From: a virus
Reading direction: 5' to 3' (one strand)
DNA: 64,000 nucleotides
Virus record (IMG/VR): IMGVR_UViG_3300020377_000001
Location: 11,142 to 75,141 of that record
The translations under genes were made by a program, and so were the position numbers. The notes beneath the pieces were generated by a model that was given only the letters and a program-made list of their open reading frames with translations, searched no databases and had not been told where the DNA came from. Positions 55,932 to 64,000 of the stretch are shown here, in pieces; within the stretch, counting starts at the first letter, position 1; every line of letters begins with the position of its first letter.

Positions 55932-57314
55932 ATGAGAAAAACATTTACAGAATCAAACGTATTGCGTGACACCGTCCTTGAGTCTGCAGAAGACAAGGGG
56001 CTTGATACGGATCTCTATCTTGCCGTGATTAAGGCGGAGCTTGGTAGGGGCGGTGTCGTAAATATGAATAACAGAATTTATGACGTCAATGAGTTCATCC
56101 GAGAAAACAACAAGCTCGCAAAGAGAGTCGAAGAAGGTTTTGTCGAGGGTGAGCTCGGACATCCGATGGGTGGTCCCACTTTCGATGTGCCTGTGCAACT
56201 CAAGGAGGTTTACGTCGATGTGGATGAGGATCAGAACACTGCCATGGCTTCAGGATCATTCGCGATCCTTAATACGCAGAGCGGCAGGGACGTTTTGACT
56301 TTATATAACGCTGGTATGCCTGTAGGGACGAGCTCTCGAGGCACGGGCATGCAGGAGCTCCACACAATTGATGAGGACAGTCCATACTACAAGGCGAATC
56401 GAAAGCACTTGGGTAAAGACGTCAATGAGGTCAAAGAGTTCTCATTGCTAACTTATGATTTAGTTCGGGTGCCTTCAGCGGGCACTCATTTTCAAGCGGC
56501 GACAACTGAATGCCAGGAGGCTTTGGCTCGACTAGTCGAGTCTGGGCATCTTGGTGAGTCGTCAAATCCTACGGAGGAAGACATGGTAGAAGAGAACAAA
56601 GTCGCCGTGACGCCAGATGTCGTTGAAGCTGAAGAGGTGTCTCAGGTGGTAGAAGAAGAGGTCGTCGAGACGTCCGAGGTAGAGGAGTCTGTTGAGACCT
56701 GTGCCGAGGAAGTTGCTCCTGAAGAGGTCATCACAGTCGAAGAGTCCAAAGACGACGCCCCTGAGTTGAGCCCTGAGCAGCTCGCTGCGGCTTCACAGCT
56801 TTTTGCTGTGCTTGATTCGGCCGGCAATGCAAACGGAGATGATCTTGCTGAAGAGATCAAGAAGGTTGCAGAGCAGGCAGAGGTTGATCGGGTACGATTG
56901 GCAGAGGCAGAAGCAGCCAACAAGGAGCTCGAGGATCGCCTGTGTGCCTTGACAGAAGAAATCGAGGCAAAGAAGAAGGCAGAGGCTACTCGCAAGGCTG
57001 TTGATGAGTCTGTTGAGGGCATGAACCACGGTGACGAAATTCGCAAGGAAGTGGAAGCACTTGTTTCGGAGGGTCGAATCGAGTCTGCGGATGAGATTAA
57101 GGTCTGGTCGCAACGACTGTCTGCCCTTGTGGAATCCGCAGTTTCAAAGTCTGTAGACGCTTCTGGCGTTGCTCGAGTTGTTGCCGTTGACGCATCTGAT
57201 GACCTCGTTGAGGCGACCGAGTCTGAAGAAGACAAGGTAGAGGCTCCAGGCATCATTGAAGAAAGTTATCTGACTAAGATTGAGCGAATCTTAGCTAAAC
57301 CCAACGATCGATAA
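55932..57314 (+). CDS. Prohead protease (T4 gp21-like) fused to acidic scaffold
   Basis: NMNNRIY, GELGHP, TQSG, GTSSRGTG, TYDLVRVPS; E-rich coiled-coil C-terminus. Confidence 0.9.
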   Translation: MRKTFTESNVLRDTVLESAEDKGLDTDLYLAVIKAELGRGGVVNMNNRIYDVNEFIRENNKLAKRVEEGFVEGELGHPMGGPTFDVPVQLKEVYVDVDEDQNTAMASGSFAILNTQSGRDVLTLYNAGMPVGTSSRGTGMQELHTIDEDSPYYKANRKHLGKDVNEVKEFSLLTYDLVRVPSAGTHFQAATTECQEALARLVESGHLGESSNPTEEDMVEENKVAVTPDVVEAEEVSQVVEEEVVETSEVEESVETCAEEVAPEEVITVEESKDDAPELSPEQLAAASQLFAVLDSAGNANGDDLAEEIKKVAEQAEVDRVRLAEAEAANKELEDRLCALTEEIEAKKKAEATRKAVDESVEGMNHGDEIRKEVEALVSEGRIESADEIKVWSQRLSALVESAVSKSVDASGVARVVAVDASDDLVEATESEEDKVEAPGIIEESYLTKIERILAKPNDR

Positions 57315-57350
57315 CCGAGAGGGTCGGTCCATAATAAAGGAGCATGAAAA

Positions 57351-58577
57351 ATGCAGAGTATCCTAGATCCTCGCGTTGCGGCACCGCGTATCGAAGAAAA
57401 GTGGGCGCCGATTCTAGAGGGAATCGATAATGTAGAAAAACGTCGCTGGATTGCACACAACCTGCAAAACCAAGCAACATTTCTTGAAAACAGCAGTGCC
57501 AATGGAACGCTGGGTCACCACTTCTATGGTGACGCACAGTTCTTGGGCGCTAAAAAGCTTTTGACTGAAGGCACTCTTCAGGCCGATATCAGCAACACCC
57601 ACTCGGTTCAGGGTCTGCCCACGCAAACTCTTGCAATCGTTCGGGACGTGTTTGAGCGATTCACCATTGACCAGCTTATCAGCATGCGAAGCATGAGCGG
57701 TCCTTCTGCTTACATCCAGACCATGGGTTTCAAGCAGACAGATGACGGTACGCTTTTAGATGCTAATAACGCAGTTACAAATGTTGCTGGGACTGCCTTC
57801 AAGACGGTCATGGACCCAGACTATGCTGACTGTCCCACGGAATGCACCGCATCAAACGGTGTTGATTTTGACGTCGTTGTAAGCACCGTAAACGCTGCTT
57901 GTAAGCGACTTCAGGGTCAGTTCTCAGTCATGGCAGAGCAAGACGCTGCTTCTCAGTACAGCCTTAGCCTTGGCGACGAGATTCGTCGTTTCATCGGCAT
58001 CCAGATGGCTCGAGAGATTCAGGCTGAAGTTCTTGCACTTCTTATCGCTGGCGCTGGCACGACCGTGACCTTTGCTTCAGCTATCCCTGGTGGTTCCGTA
58101 TACGAAAGCCTTGACCCACGAGTATACGCACGAGTTCTCTATGAGAAGATTCAAGATGCAGACAACGGCATTTTCAAGCATGCTGACGGACGACGTGGCG
58201 CCAACTGGATTGCTGGCGACCCAGATGCCATCAATCGACTTCTTAAGCTTGAAGATTTCAGCATCGTTTCTCGAGACGCTGTGCCTCGACCAGTTGCAGG
58301 CGAAGGCGAAATCAGCCAGCACAGCAACCTGTTCGGTGTAGCAAACGAGCGATACAAGCTTTACAAGTACAGCTTCATGCAGGATGATACGCTGTTGTTA
58401 GGCGTCAAGTCTGATGCTGCTGACGAGACTGGATTCGTTCACGCGACATACATCCCGTTGACTGACCTCGGCACATTCCGAGACCCAGCAAAGGCGTGTG
58501 TAACCGTTGGCGCAACCACTCGTTATGCTAACAAGCTTCTTCGTCCTGGCATGTACGCTAAGGTAACGATCACCTGA
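57351..58577 (+). CDS. Major capsid protein (T4 gp23-like)
   Basis: EKWAPILEG, MSGPS, EQD...MAREIQAEVL, GANW, YIPL, TRYA; strong RBS and downstream terminator. Confidence 0.9.
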   Translation: MQSILDPRVAAPRIEEKWAPILEGIDNVEKRRWIAHNLQNQATFLENSSANGTLGHHFYGDAQFLGAKKLLTEGTLQADISNTHSVQGLPTQTLAIVRDVFERFTIDQLISMRSMSGPSAYIQTMGFKQTDDGTLLDANNAVTNVAGTAFKTVMDPDYADCPTECTASNGVDFDVVVSTVNAACKRLQGQFSVMAEQDAASQYSLSLGDEIRRFIGIQMAREIQAEVLALLIAGAGTTVTFASAIPGGSVYESLDPRVYARVLYEKIQDADNGIFKHADGRRGANWIAGDPDAINRLLKLEDFSIVSRDAVPRPVAGEGEISQHSNLFGVANERYKLYKYSFMQDDTLLLGVKSDAADETGFVHATYIPLTDLGTFRDPAKACVTVGATTRYANKLLRPGMYAKVTIT

Positions 58578-58593
58578 TATGGTGAGTTGATTG

Positions 58594-58635
58594 AAAAGCC
58601 CCTCAGGAGGAAGTCTTCCTGGGGGGCTTTTTTTT
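58594..58635 (+). terminator. Intrinsic (possibly bidirectional) terminator
   Basis: AAAAGCCCCTCAGGAGG-AAG-TCTTCCTGGGGGGCTTTTTTTT. Confidence 0.85.
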
Positions 58636-58644
58636 GGAGTAAAT

Positions 58645-58998
58645 ATGAACGGTGTGTTTATTAGAGGAGACCTGATCCCACAACTGCTTGGCTGGCTGTT
58701 TCCAATCTCCGCTATAACGATTGGGATCTTTGTTTTTATTCGTCCCAGTAGGGATACTGCTCGGCTCAGGACTCACGAGTCTGTGCATGTTCGCCAATAC
58801 ATCGAGCTGGGTTTTATCTTCTTTCCTATCGTCTACTTAGGGAGTTGGCTCTATATGCTTATCAAGCATAAAGACGTAAAGATTGCATACGAAATGATCC
58901 CCCTAGAGGTCGAAGCAAGGTCTGTTGCGTCTAACGAACTCGGAATCCAGTCCCGAAAATGGTATGGTTGGCTTAACAACGATAAGTACTTAGAATGA
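58645..58998 (+). CDS. HExxH membrane-associated protein (paralog of 18625-18993)
   Basis: AITIG, THESVHVRQYIE, AYEMIPLEVEA; start MNGV after GGAG. Confidence 0.65.
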   Translation: MNGVFIRGDLIPQLLGWLFPISAITIGIFVFIRPSRDTARLRTHESVHVRQYIELGFIFFPIVYLGSWLYMLIKHKDVKIAYEMIPLEVEARSVASNELGIQSRKWYGWLNNDKYLE

Positions 58999-59010
58999 TA
59001 GGGGTGCATC

Positions 59011-60558
59011 ATGTCTGACGACAAGCAAACCATGAGCCCGATAGTCAGGAATATTGTTCGGCGGGCAGCGGGTCTCGTTCGCGGTAGCGAAGAGGTAATC
59101 AGTTCACAGCTTGGAATCAATCAAGTTGATATGAGCAAGACCTCTTTGGCGGACAACCCCTCGGTTCGTAGGGCTCGAACCGCAATGTCTCGAGGCAGTC
59201 TCGTTAGAGACTTCAAGGACGATCGCAGAGACCGACGATATACCGACTTAAGGCAAATGGCTGATGAGGTCCCAGAGTTAACGACATCTCTAGACGTTCT
59301 CAGCCACTTTGTTTTTTCAGGCGACAACGGGATAGGGGCGAAAGGTAAGGAGGATGGGCCTACGCTCGTCTTCAGTGACAGCATCGACGTGAGAGCTCGT
59401 GAGGTGATTGAGTCTGCATACAGATCCATGAGGCTTCCGTCTTTGATGTACGAGGTTTTTAGGGAGGGCATGCATCTTGGCGACAGTTTCAGTGAGCTCG
59501 TCTACACTAAAGACAGGCTGGTTTCTTCTCAGTACCTGAAGCCGGATTGCACCGATGTGGTCTGGGATGTTTACGGCAGAATGAATGCGTTCAGAGTCAG
59601 AATGCAGCAGAAGTCATCTTACTCTTATGGTGCGAAGGAGCGTGCAGTCATTCTTAGCCCATGGCAGGTTATACATTATGCTCCAGACCGTCCTCGAGGA
59701 TTTAAATATGGTCGAAGCAACTGGCACAGCGCCAGGAAGTTGTGGCGAATTTCACAAAGCACCCTCGACGTCACTGCAGTTCTGGCCATACTCAGGGCAT
59801 CAAGTCGAAAGACCGTTAGCCTACCTGTGCCTGCTGGAATCAAAGAAGACGAGATTAACGATTACATCGACAAACTGAAGACTGGTGGGTGGAGAGATGA
59901 GTTTTTTGATAAGGACGGACTCCTTCACCACCGAATCGCATCAGCATTAGAACTCGAGGACACCGTTTATCCGTACCGTGCTGGCACGGACCAACCCAGT
60001 TTTCACAATGAGCCAAGTGCAGACTTAGATCAACTTGTCAACTTTCAGCAGTTTCTTCAGGAGTCCTACTTTGTGGCAACGGGTGTCCCTGCGGCACTTT
60101 GCGGGCTGGAGAGGAATGTGAATGCTCGATCGACGGTTGAGGTTCAGTCCCAGCAGTTCATTCACACTGTTACTCGGCGCCAGAACGAGGTCAGCGCGAT
60201 GGCTAAGGATGTTTTGGAGAGGGCCTGCTTCGCTGCTGGTTTTAAGGTTGATACTAATCAGTTTGCCTTCAAGATGCCTGAGGTGTCTGCTTTCGATCAG
60301 AGAATGCGTGCCGAGGTCTGGAAGCTTCGCGCCGACACGGCGGCAAACCTTATTAACAATGCCTCGATGGACCCCAACTGGGTGTTTAGGAACATTCTGC
60401 GAATGTCGCCCTCAGAGGCTGATGAGATTACAAACAATCCAATTCAGACATCTGAATCTATCACAAATGAGATCTCGGTGGCCAAAGATCGTGCGAGGAT
60501 GATGTACGATCAGGCAGACATAATCCAAGGGATTTTAGAAGATGCAAGAGTTGATTGA
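59011..60558 (+). CDS. Portal protein (T4 gp20-like)
   Basis: RYTDLRQMADEVPE, GDSFSE, WQVIH, YGRS, FVATGVP; size and context. Confidence 0.8.
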   Translation: MSDDKQTMSPIVRNIVRRAAGLVRGSEEVISSQLGINQVDMSKTSLADNPSVRRARTAMSRGSLVRDFKDDRRDRRYTDLRQMADEVPELTTSLDVLSHFVFSGDNGIGAKGKEDGPTLVFSDSIDVRAREVIESAYRSMRLPSLMYEVFREGMHLGDSFSELVYTKDRLVSSQYLKPDCTDVVWDVYGRMNAFRVRMQQKSSYSYGAKERAVILSPWQVIHYAPDRPRGFKYGRSNWHSARKLWRISQSTLDVTAVLAILRASSRKTVSLPVPAGIKEDEINDYIDKLKTGGWRDEFFDKDGLLHHRIASALELEDTVYPYRAGTDQPSFHNEPSADLDQLVNFQQFLQESYFVATGVPAALCGLERNVNARSTVEVQSQQFIHTVTRRQNEVSAMAKDVLERACFAAGFKVDTNQFAFKMPEVSAFDQRMRAEVWKLRADTAANLINNASMDPNWVFRNILRMSPSEADEITNNPIQTSESITNEISVAKDRARMMYDQADIIQGILEDARVD

Positions 60559-61627
60559 TAAGAGGTCTGTGGCGCCCATGATGAGGGCGAGGGCAATGTA
60601 TTGTGCCCTCAACGAGTCCGAGACAGATCAATCTGGTGGCGCGACGAAGTCTGAAAAGGATGGGCTTGTTGCAGAATTATATTCTGCGGCTGAAGAGGCA
60701 CACAGGAAGCTTGACGACGGTGAGCCTGGAGAGCAGGTGCTTTCCTTCTTGCTCTCGGCATGGGTGGGCGCTTTGACCGTGTCTGCGATATCTTCTTTTA
60801 GAAAAGGACTTGCACTGAGAACCGTGTCTACCCCACGAAGCAACAGGGAATTGCTCAAGGCCTACCCCAGACTAAAGAAGACCATTGTCGATCAGAGTAA
60901 ATTTTTGCGAGGGTTCGCAGAGGACCATTTGCAAGGAGTGCCCAGCAAGAAGGGCAGGATGTCGTTTGTAAATCGTTCTATACTGTATGGTCAAAGTGTT
61001 AAAGGATACTATAACCTCGGCGCACTGATGGGCAGCAAGCCGAAAGACCTCGTGTACTGGAGGTTGGGCGAGTGTGAGCACTGTAGCGACTGTGTTGCGA
61101 TTGCCGCATCGGGACCGTACTTCGCAGAGGACCTGCCCACAGTGCCTGGAATGGGTCACACGAAGTGTGGGCACTGGTGCTGCTGCAGCCTATCCATTCG
61201 TCCAGGCGTTGAATCAATCTTCGCTCCATCTAAGTTTGGACTCGGTCCGCTTGTGGCGGCCGGTGATCTCAGGGCTCCAACAAAAATAGAGGCTGTTGAG
61301 ATATCGGACTTAAGACTGCGAGAGGCTTTTGCTTCGAGAAGGGTATCTGAGGGAGACGTTGCAGACTTAGAGCCAGTTGTCAGGGCGAGAGATGAGCTCC
61401 GATCAAAGATAGATGATACCCTCATACGCCTACAGGTGTTTCTGCCTGAAACCATTGCTCTCGGTGGCGTTATATCAGGGCTATTGGCGGGAACACCTAA
61501 CTTTGACGACCAGTTTGATGACAACAGCATTGATGGGGGCACCTTGTCTCGTGTATCTATGTCTGACTTGACTGATATTATCGACGAATTTGTTTCTGAG
61601 TCCCTTGAGGTTTTGTCGGATGTCTAA
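60542..61627 (+). CDS. Head morphogenesis / minor capsid protein (MuF-like)
   Basis: VYWRLGECEHCSDC...LPTVPG...C...CCC; follows portal. Confidence 0.65.
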   Translation: MQELIDKRSVAPMMRARAMYCALNESETDQSGGATKSEKDGLVAELYSAAEEAHRKLDDGEPGEQVLSFLLSAWVGALTVSAISSFRKGLALRTVSTPRSNRELLKAYPRLKKTIVDQSKFLRGFAEDHLQGVPSKKGRMSFVNRSILYGQSVKGYYNLGALMGSKPKDLVYWRLGECEHCSDCVAIAASGPYFAEDLPTVPGMGHTKCGHWCCCSLSIRPGVESIFAPSKFGLGPLVAAGDLRAPTKIEAVEISDLRLREAFASRRVSEGDVADLEPVVRARDELRSKIDDTLIRLQVFLPETIALGGVISGLLAGTPNFDDQFDDNSIDGGTLSRVSMSDLTDIIDEFVSESLEVLSDV

Positions 61628-61883
61628 TTATGGATTAGTGTACTATAGCGTAATCGGAGATGGCGCCCAAGGTACGCTGGCTGGATACGCACAGGCTCTC
61701 AAGTCTATCAAAGAGCTCGAGCTTACCAACGTGAAGCTTTTTCCCTTTGGTGAAGACGGGCTTCTAGACCTGCTGAGAAATGGCTTCTTTATCTATGGAC
61801 AGAGGGATGATGTGCACTCTTTGATTGACGGCATAAATTCCGCAAAAGGGGTCAGCGTCATTGGCGTGCCTGTTGTGTCATGA
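61620..61883 (+). CDS. Hypothetical protein
   Basis: Coupled small ORF (MSNYG). Confidence 0.5.
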   Translation: MSNYGLVYYSVIGDGAQGTLAGYAQALKSIKELELTNVKLFPFGEDGLLDLLRNGFFIYGQRDDVHSLIDGINSAKGVSVIGVPVVS

Positions 61884-62212
61884 TGTTTTTTAGACTTTTG
61901 GTAGCAATACTGTTTCGCAAAACCTTTAGCTGGGTTCAGTCTGAGAGGTTCACGTTGCTTGCAATCGGACAGGCCGCCGACTGCGAAAGCGTCTCGCAGA
62001 TATTCTCAGACTTAGAGGAGGACATGGTTCAAAAATTTGGTGGACATGTAAAGGTCATCATATTGGCAGAGTCGGAGTCTTCAGACGGGGTCATGGTGCA
62101 AGTGTCTAGGGTTCGGTCCACCTATCTAATTACTGTCTTCGGCGAATCGACTGCACAGGGGGTCGCAAGGGGTCTAGACTCCTTAAGGAGGTATGTTTAC
62201 AATGCTTCGTAA
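61880..62212 (+). CDS. Hypothetical protein
   Basis: ATGA-coupled. Confidence 0.5.
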   Translation: MMFFRLLVAILFRKTFSWVQSERFTLLAIGQAADCESVSQIFSDLEEDMVQKFGGHVKVIILAESESSDGVMVQVSRVRSTYLITVFGESTAQGVARGLDSLRRYVYNAS

Positions 62213-62585
62213 GGTAGGCAAGATCTTGCAGAGGTCACAGCGTGGAATCCGAGTTAAAAAGGGCGACCTTTTTCTTAGAAACGGGCGACTTGTGATGGTC
62301 ACCGAGGTGGCGGACGGGATGCTCACCCTGGTAGAGTCTGCAGGAGGGTCCACACGGGAGATGAGTCTTCAGGATTTTAGGTCAAGACAGATTCAAAGAG
62401 TTAAGATTAGCGACCCCGCAAGAAGGTCTGCCATCGACTCAGCCAACGAGATAATGGACTCGATTAGCCTGAGTCTGGATGCAAAGATTTCCGCATTAAG
62501 ATCTCTTGCGAAGTCATCTAGCGTGGCAGACCGAATGGAGATTCGTAAGATTATTGAAATTGCTATGAGAGCCTTAAGGAGCTAG
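62202..62585 (+). CDS. Hypothetical protein
   Basis: RBS AAGGAGG; start at 62193 or 62202. Confidence 0.55.
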   Translation: MLRKVGKILQRSQRGIRVKKGDLFLRNGRLVMVTEVADGMLTLVESAGGSTREMSLQDFRSRQIQRVKISDPARRSAIDSANEIMDSISLSLDAKISALRSLAKSSSVADRMEIRKIIEIAMRALRS

Positions 62586-62588
62586 ATC

Positions 62589-63023
62589 ATGGGAGTCAAG
62601 ACGAGAAGAGAGATGAGGGCGCATGCCCTTGAGTACTTACAACGTTTTACACACATGATGAGGCGCGAGGTTGTCCATATGAACGTGTCTTCGGAGTCTC
62701 AACTGAAAGAGATGAAGAGGAGGCAGAAGAAGAAATTCCTAGTTTGCGGAAAGATTGTATCAGGTAAGATGCTTTGGGACGTGTATCAGCTTTGTGGATT
62801 GTCTCAACCCAAGCTTGTTGCGGGAGACTTTTTTTGGCAAGAAGAGGCGATTAGCTACGCAAGGGACAGGAGTCTTGGCAGGCAGGCTGTCAGCTTCAAC
62901 GGGGTTCGGTGTGTGCTGGGATCTGGAAGGGGTGGAGTGATGTCCCCTGACAGGAAAATTGAGACACCTGGGGCAAGGGTGGTTCCAATCAAGCAAACTA
63001 AAAGTGGCGTGGTGGTGGGATGA
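62589..63023 (+). CDS. Hypothetical protein
   Basis: RBS AAGGAG. Confidence 0.55.
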   Translation: MGVKTRREMRAHALEYLQRFTHMMRREVVHMNVSSESQLKEMKRRQKKKFLVCGKIVSGKMLWDVYQLCGLSQPKLVAGDFFWQEEAISYARDRSLGRQAVSFNGVRCVLGSGRGGVMSPDRKIETPGARVVPIKQTKSGVVVG

Positions 63024-64000
63024 AGCCTTTCTCGACCATTGTAAGGATGCACTTAGGTGGATTCTACATAAACATGACCACAGAAGGTCCGGTCCATATT
63101 GTTGACAATGAAGTCGATCAGAATCTAATGATCTTCGATGTGCCTGTAAACGGGGTGACTCCACCAGCGAGGTCCGTTGACTTTATAGGTACAGGTGTTT
63201 CATCTGGTAGTCTGCAGTTTGCAATATCCTTGTCGGATTTCGACGCCATTTCTCACATAGCTTCTGGCGGAAAGATCATAGACTCCATTGTCGAGTGCAA
63301 GCTTGTCTTCGATGACAGGTATTATGACGAATGCTACACAGCATTTAAGGGGGTTGTCACGTCGATACAGGTCGATGTTGAGGAACACATTGTTTCTATC
63401 AACGCGGGACCCGCCTTCAAGAAAGTGGACACGCAGTTTCCCGCGACTTCTGTTGGTGATGATAAGAGGTTTCCTGACTCCCCAGAGGGAACCCGATCCA
63501 GAGCCATCCCTGTCATATATGGTATGTGTAGAAGGGTCCCCGTTCCGATCGTCGCATACCTAGACTCAGGGAAGGTTGCTAGAATCTTACTGGCGTCTCA
63601 TCCTGTTTTTGGTAGTAGGGAGCGTCCAGGCTTTGTTCAGATTGGCAACAATAAGCTTGGCGACATGGTCGAGTACTATGAAGTTTCAGAGGGTGTTGAT
63701 GGTCTTGGTGCCTTCTATTCTTATATTGATATACCGTCGGAACACTGGGACGATTCGGTATACATCGTGTCAATGTTTGGGAAGCTCAGCTCTTCTGGCG
63801 GACCGATCGAAAGGCTTGGAGATACGCTAGACGACATTTGGGCCAGTTACGCAAATGCCAGTTCTGAATATTTTGACAGCGCGAGAGCTCGAAGAGCTTC
63901 TAGGAAGCTAAATTCGATAAGAGTCGCAATGGCATTGACCGAGGCGCAGAATAAGCAGTCTGTCATAGATATTGTTGCGGGTCGTTTACAGAATATGCCG
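63020..64000 (+). CDS. Putative tail hub/tip protein (3' partial, not in ORF track)
   Basis: Manual translation MKPFSTIVRMHLGG...AFKGVVT...RAIPVIYG...; ATGA overlap; appears to run off the window. Confidence 0.6.
   Translation, partial: MKPFSTIVRMHLGGFYINMTTEGPVHIVDNEVDQNLMIFDVPVNGVTPPARSVDFIGTGVSSGSLQFAISLSDFDAISHIASGGKIIDSIVECKLVFDDRYYDECYTAFKGVVTSIQVDVEEHIVSINAGPAFKKVDTQFPATSVGDDKRFPDSPEGTRSRAIPVIYGMCRRVPVPIVAYLDSGKVARILLASHPVFGSRERPGFVQIGNNKLGDMVEYYEVSEGVDGLGAFYSYIDIPSEHWDDSVYIVSMFGKLSSSGGPIERLGDTLDDIWASYANASSEYFDSARARRASRKLNSIRVAMALTEAQNKQSVIDIVAGRLQNMP

Noticed and set aside
1-64000. Stop-codon reassignment, tRNA genes, inteins
   Set aside because: Long genes are intact in the standard code and use all three stops; no cloverleaf or intein motifs noticed by eye (tRNAscan not run)

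Overview
The whole window is part of a tailed dsDNA phage genome (Caudoviricetes); no host housekeeping genes, rRNA, tRNA or CRISPR array were seen. Layout: terminase and MazG (1-2.6 kb); a minus-strand block of small early-type genes with a Dam-type methylase and a serine recombinase, punctuated by 8-9 co-oriented copies of a 31-bp bipartite motif (2.5-11 kb); a compositionally distinct, GATC-rich plus-strand island with membrane proteins and a GP88-like gene (11-15.5 kb); a non-coding region with a candidate two-hairpin sRNA whose loops are complementary to the phage's own ribosome-binding sites, plus an AT-rich origin-like tract (15.5-16.2 kb); an RNAP alpha-CTD-like protein, Mom-like and Dam DNA-modification genes, an enlarged GroES-like protein, CHAP endolysin, ParB-like protein, tubulin/FtsZ homolog and metallophosphoesterase (16-26 kb); a siphovirus-type neck/tail module with an embedded glycosyltransferase, a -1 frameshifted tail chaperone pair on the opposite strand, a ~2190-aa tape measure, a 3231-aa tail protein and a repeat fibre (26-53 kb); and a T4-type head module (gp21-like protease-scaffold, gp23-like capsid, portal, MuF-like) followed by a partial tail-hub gene (54-64 kb). 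All assignments come from motif recognition by eye; no database searches were run.
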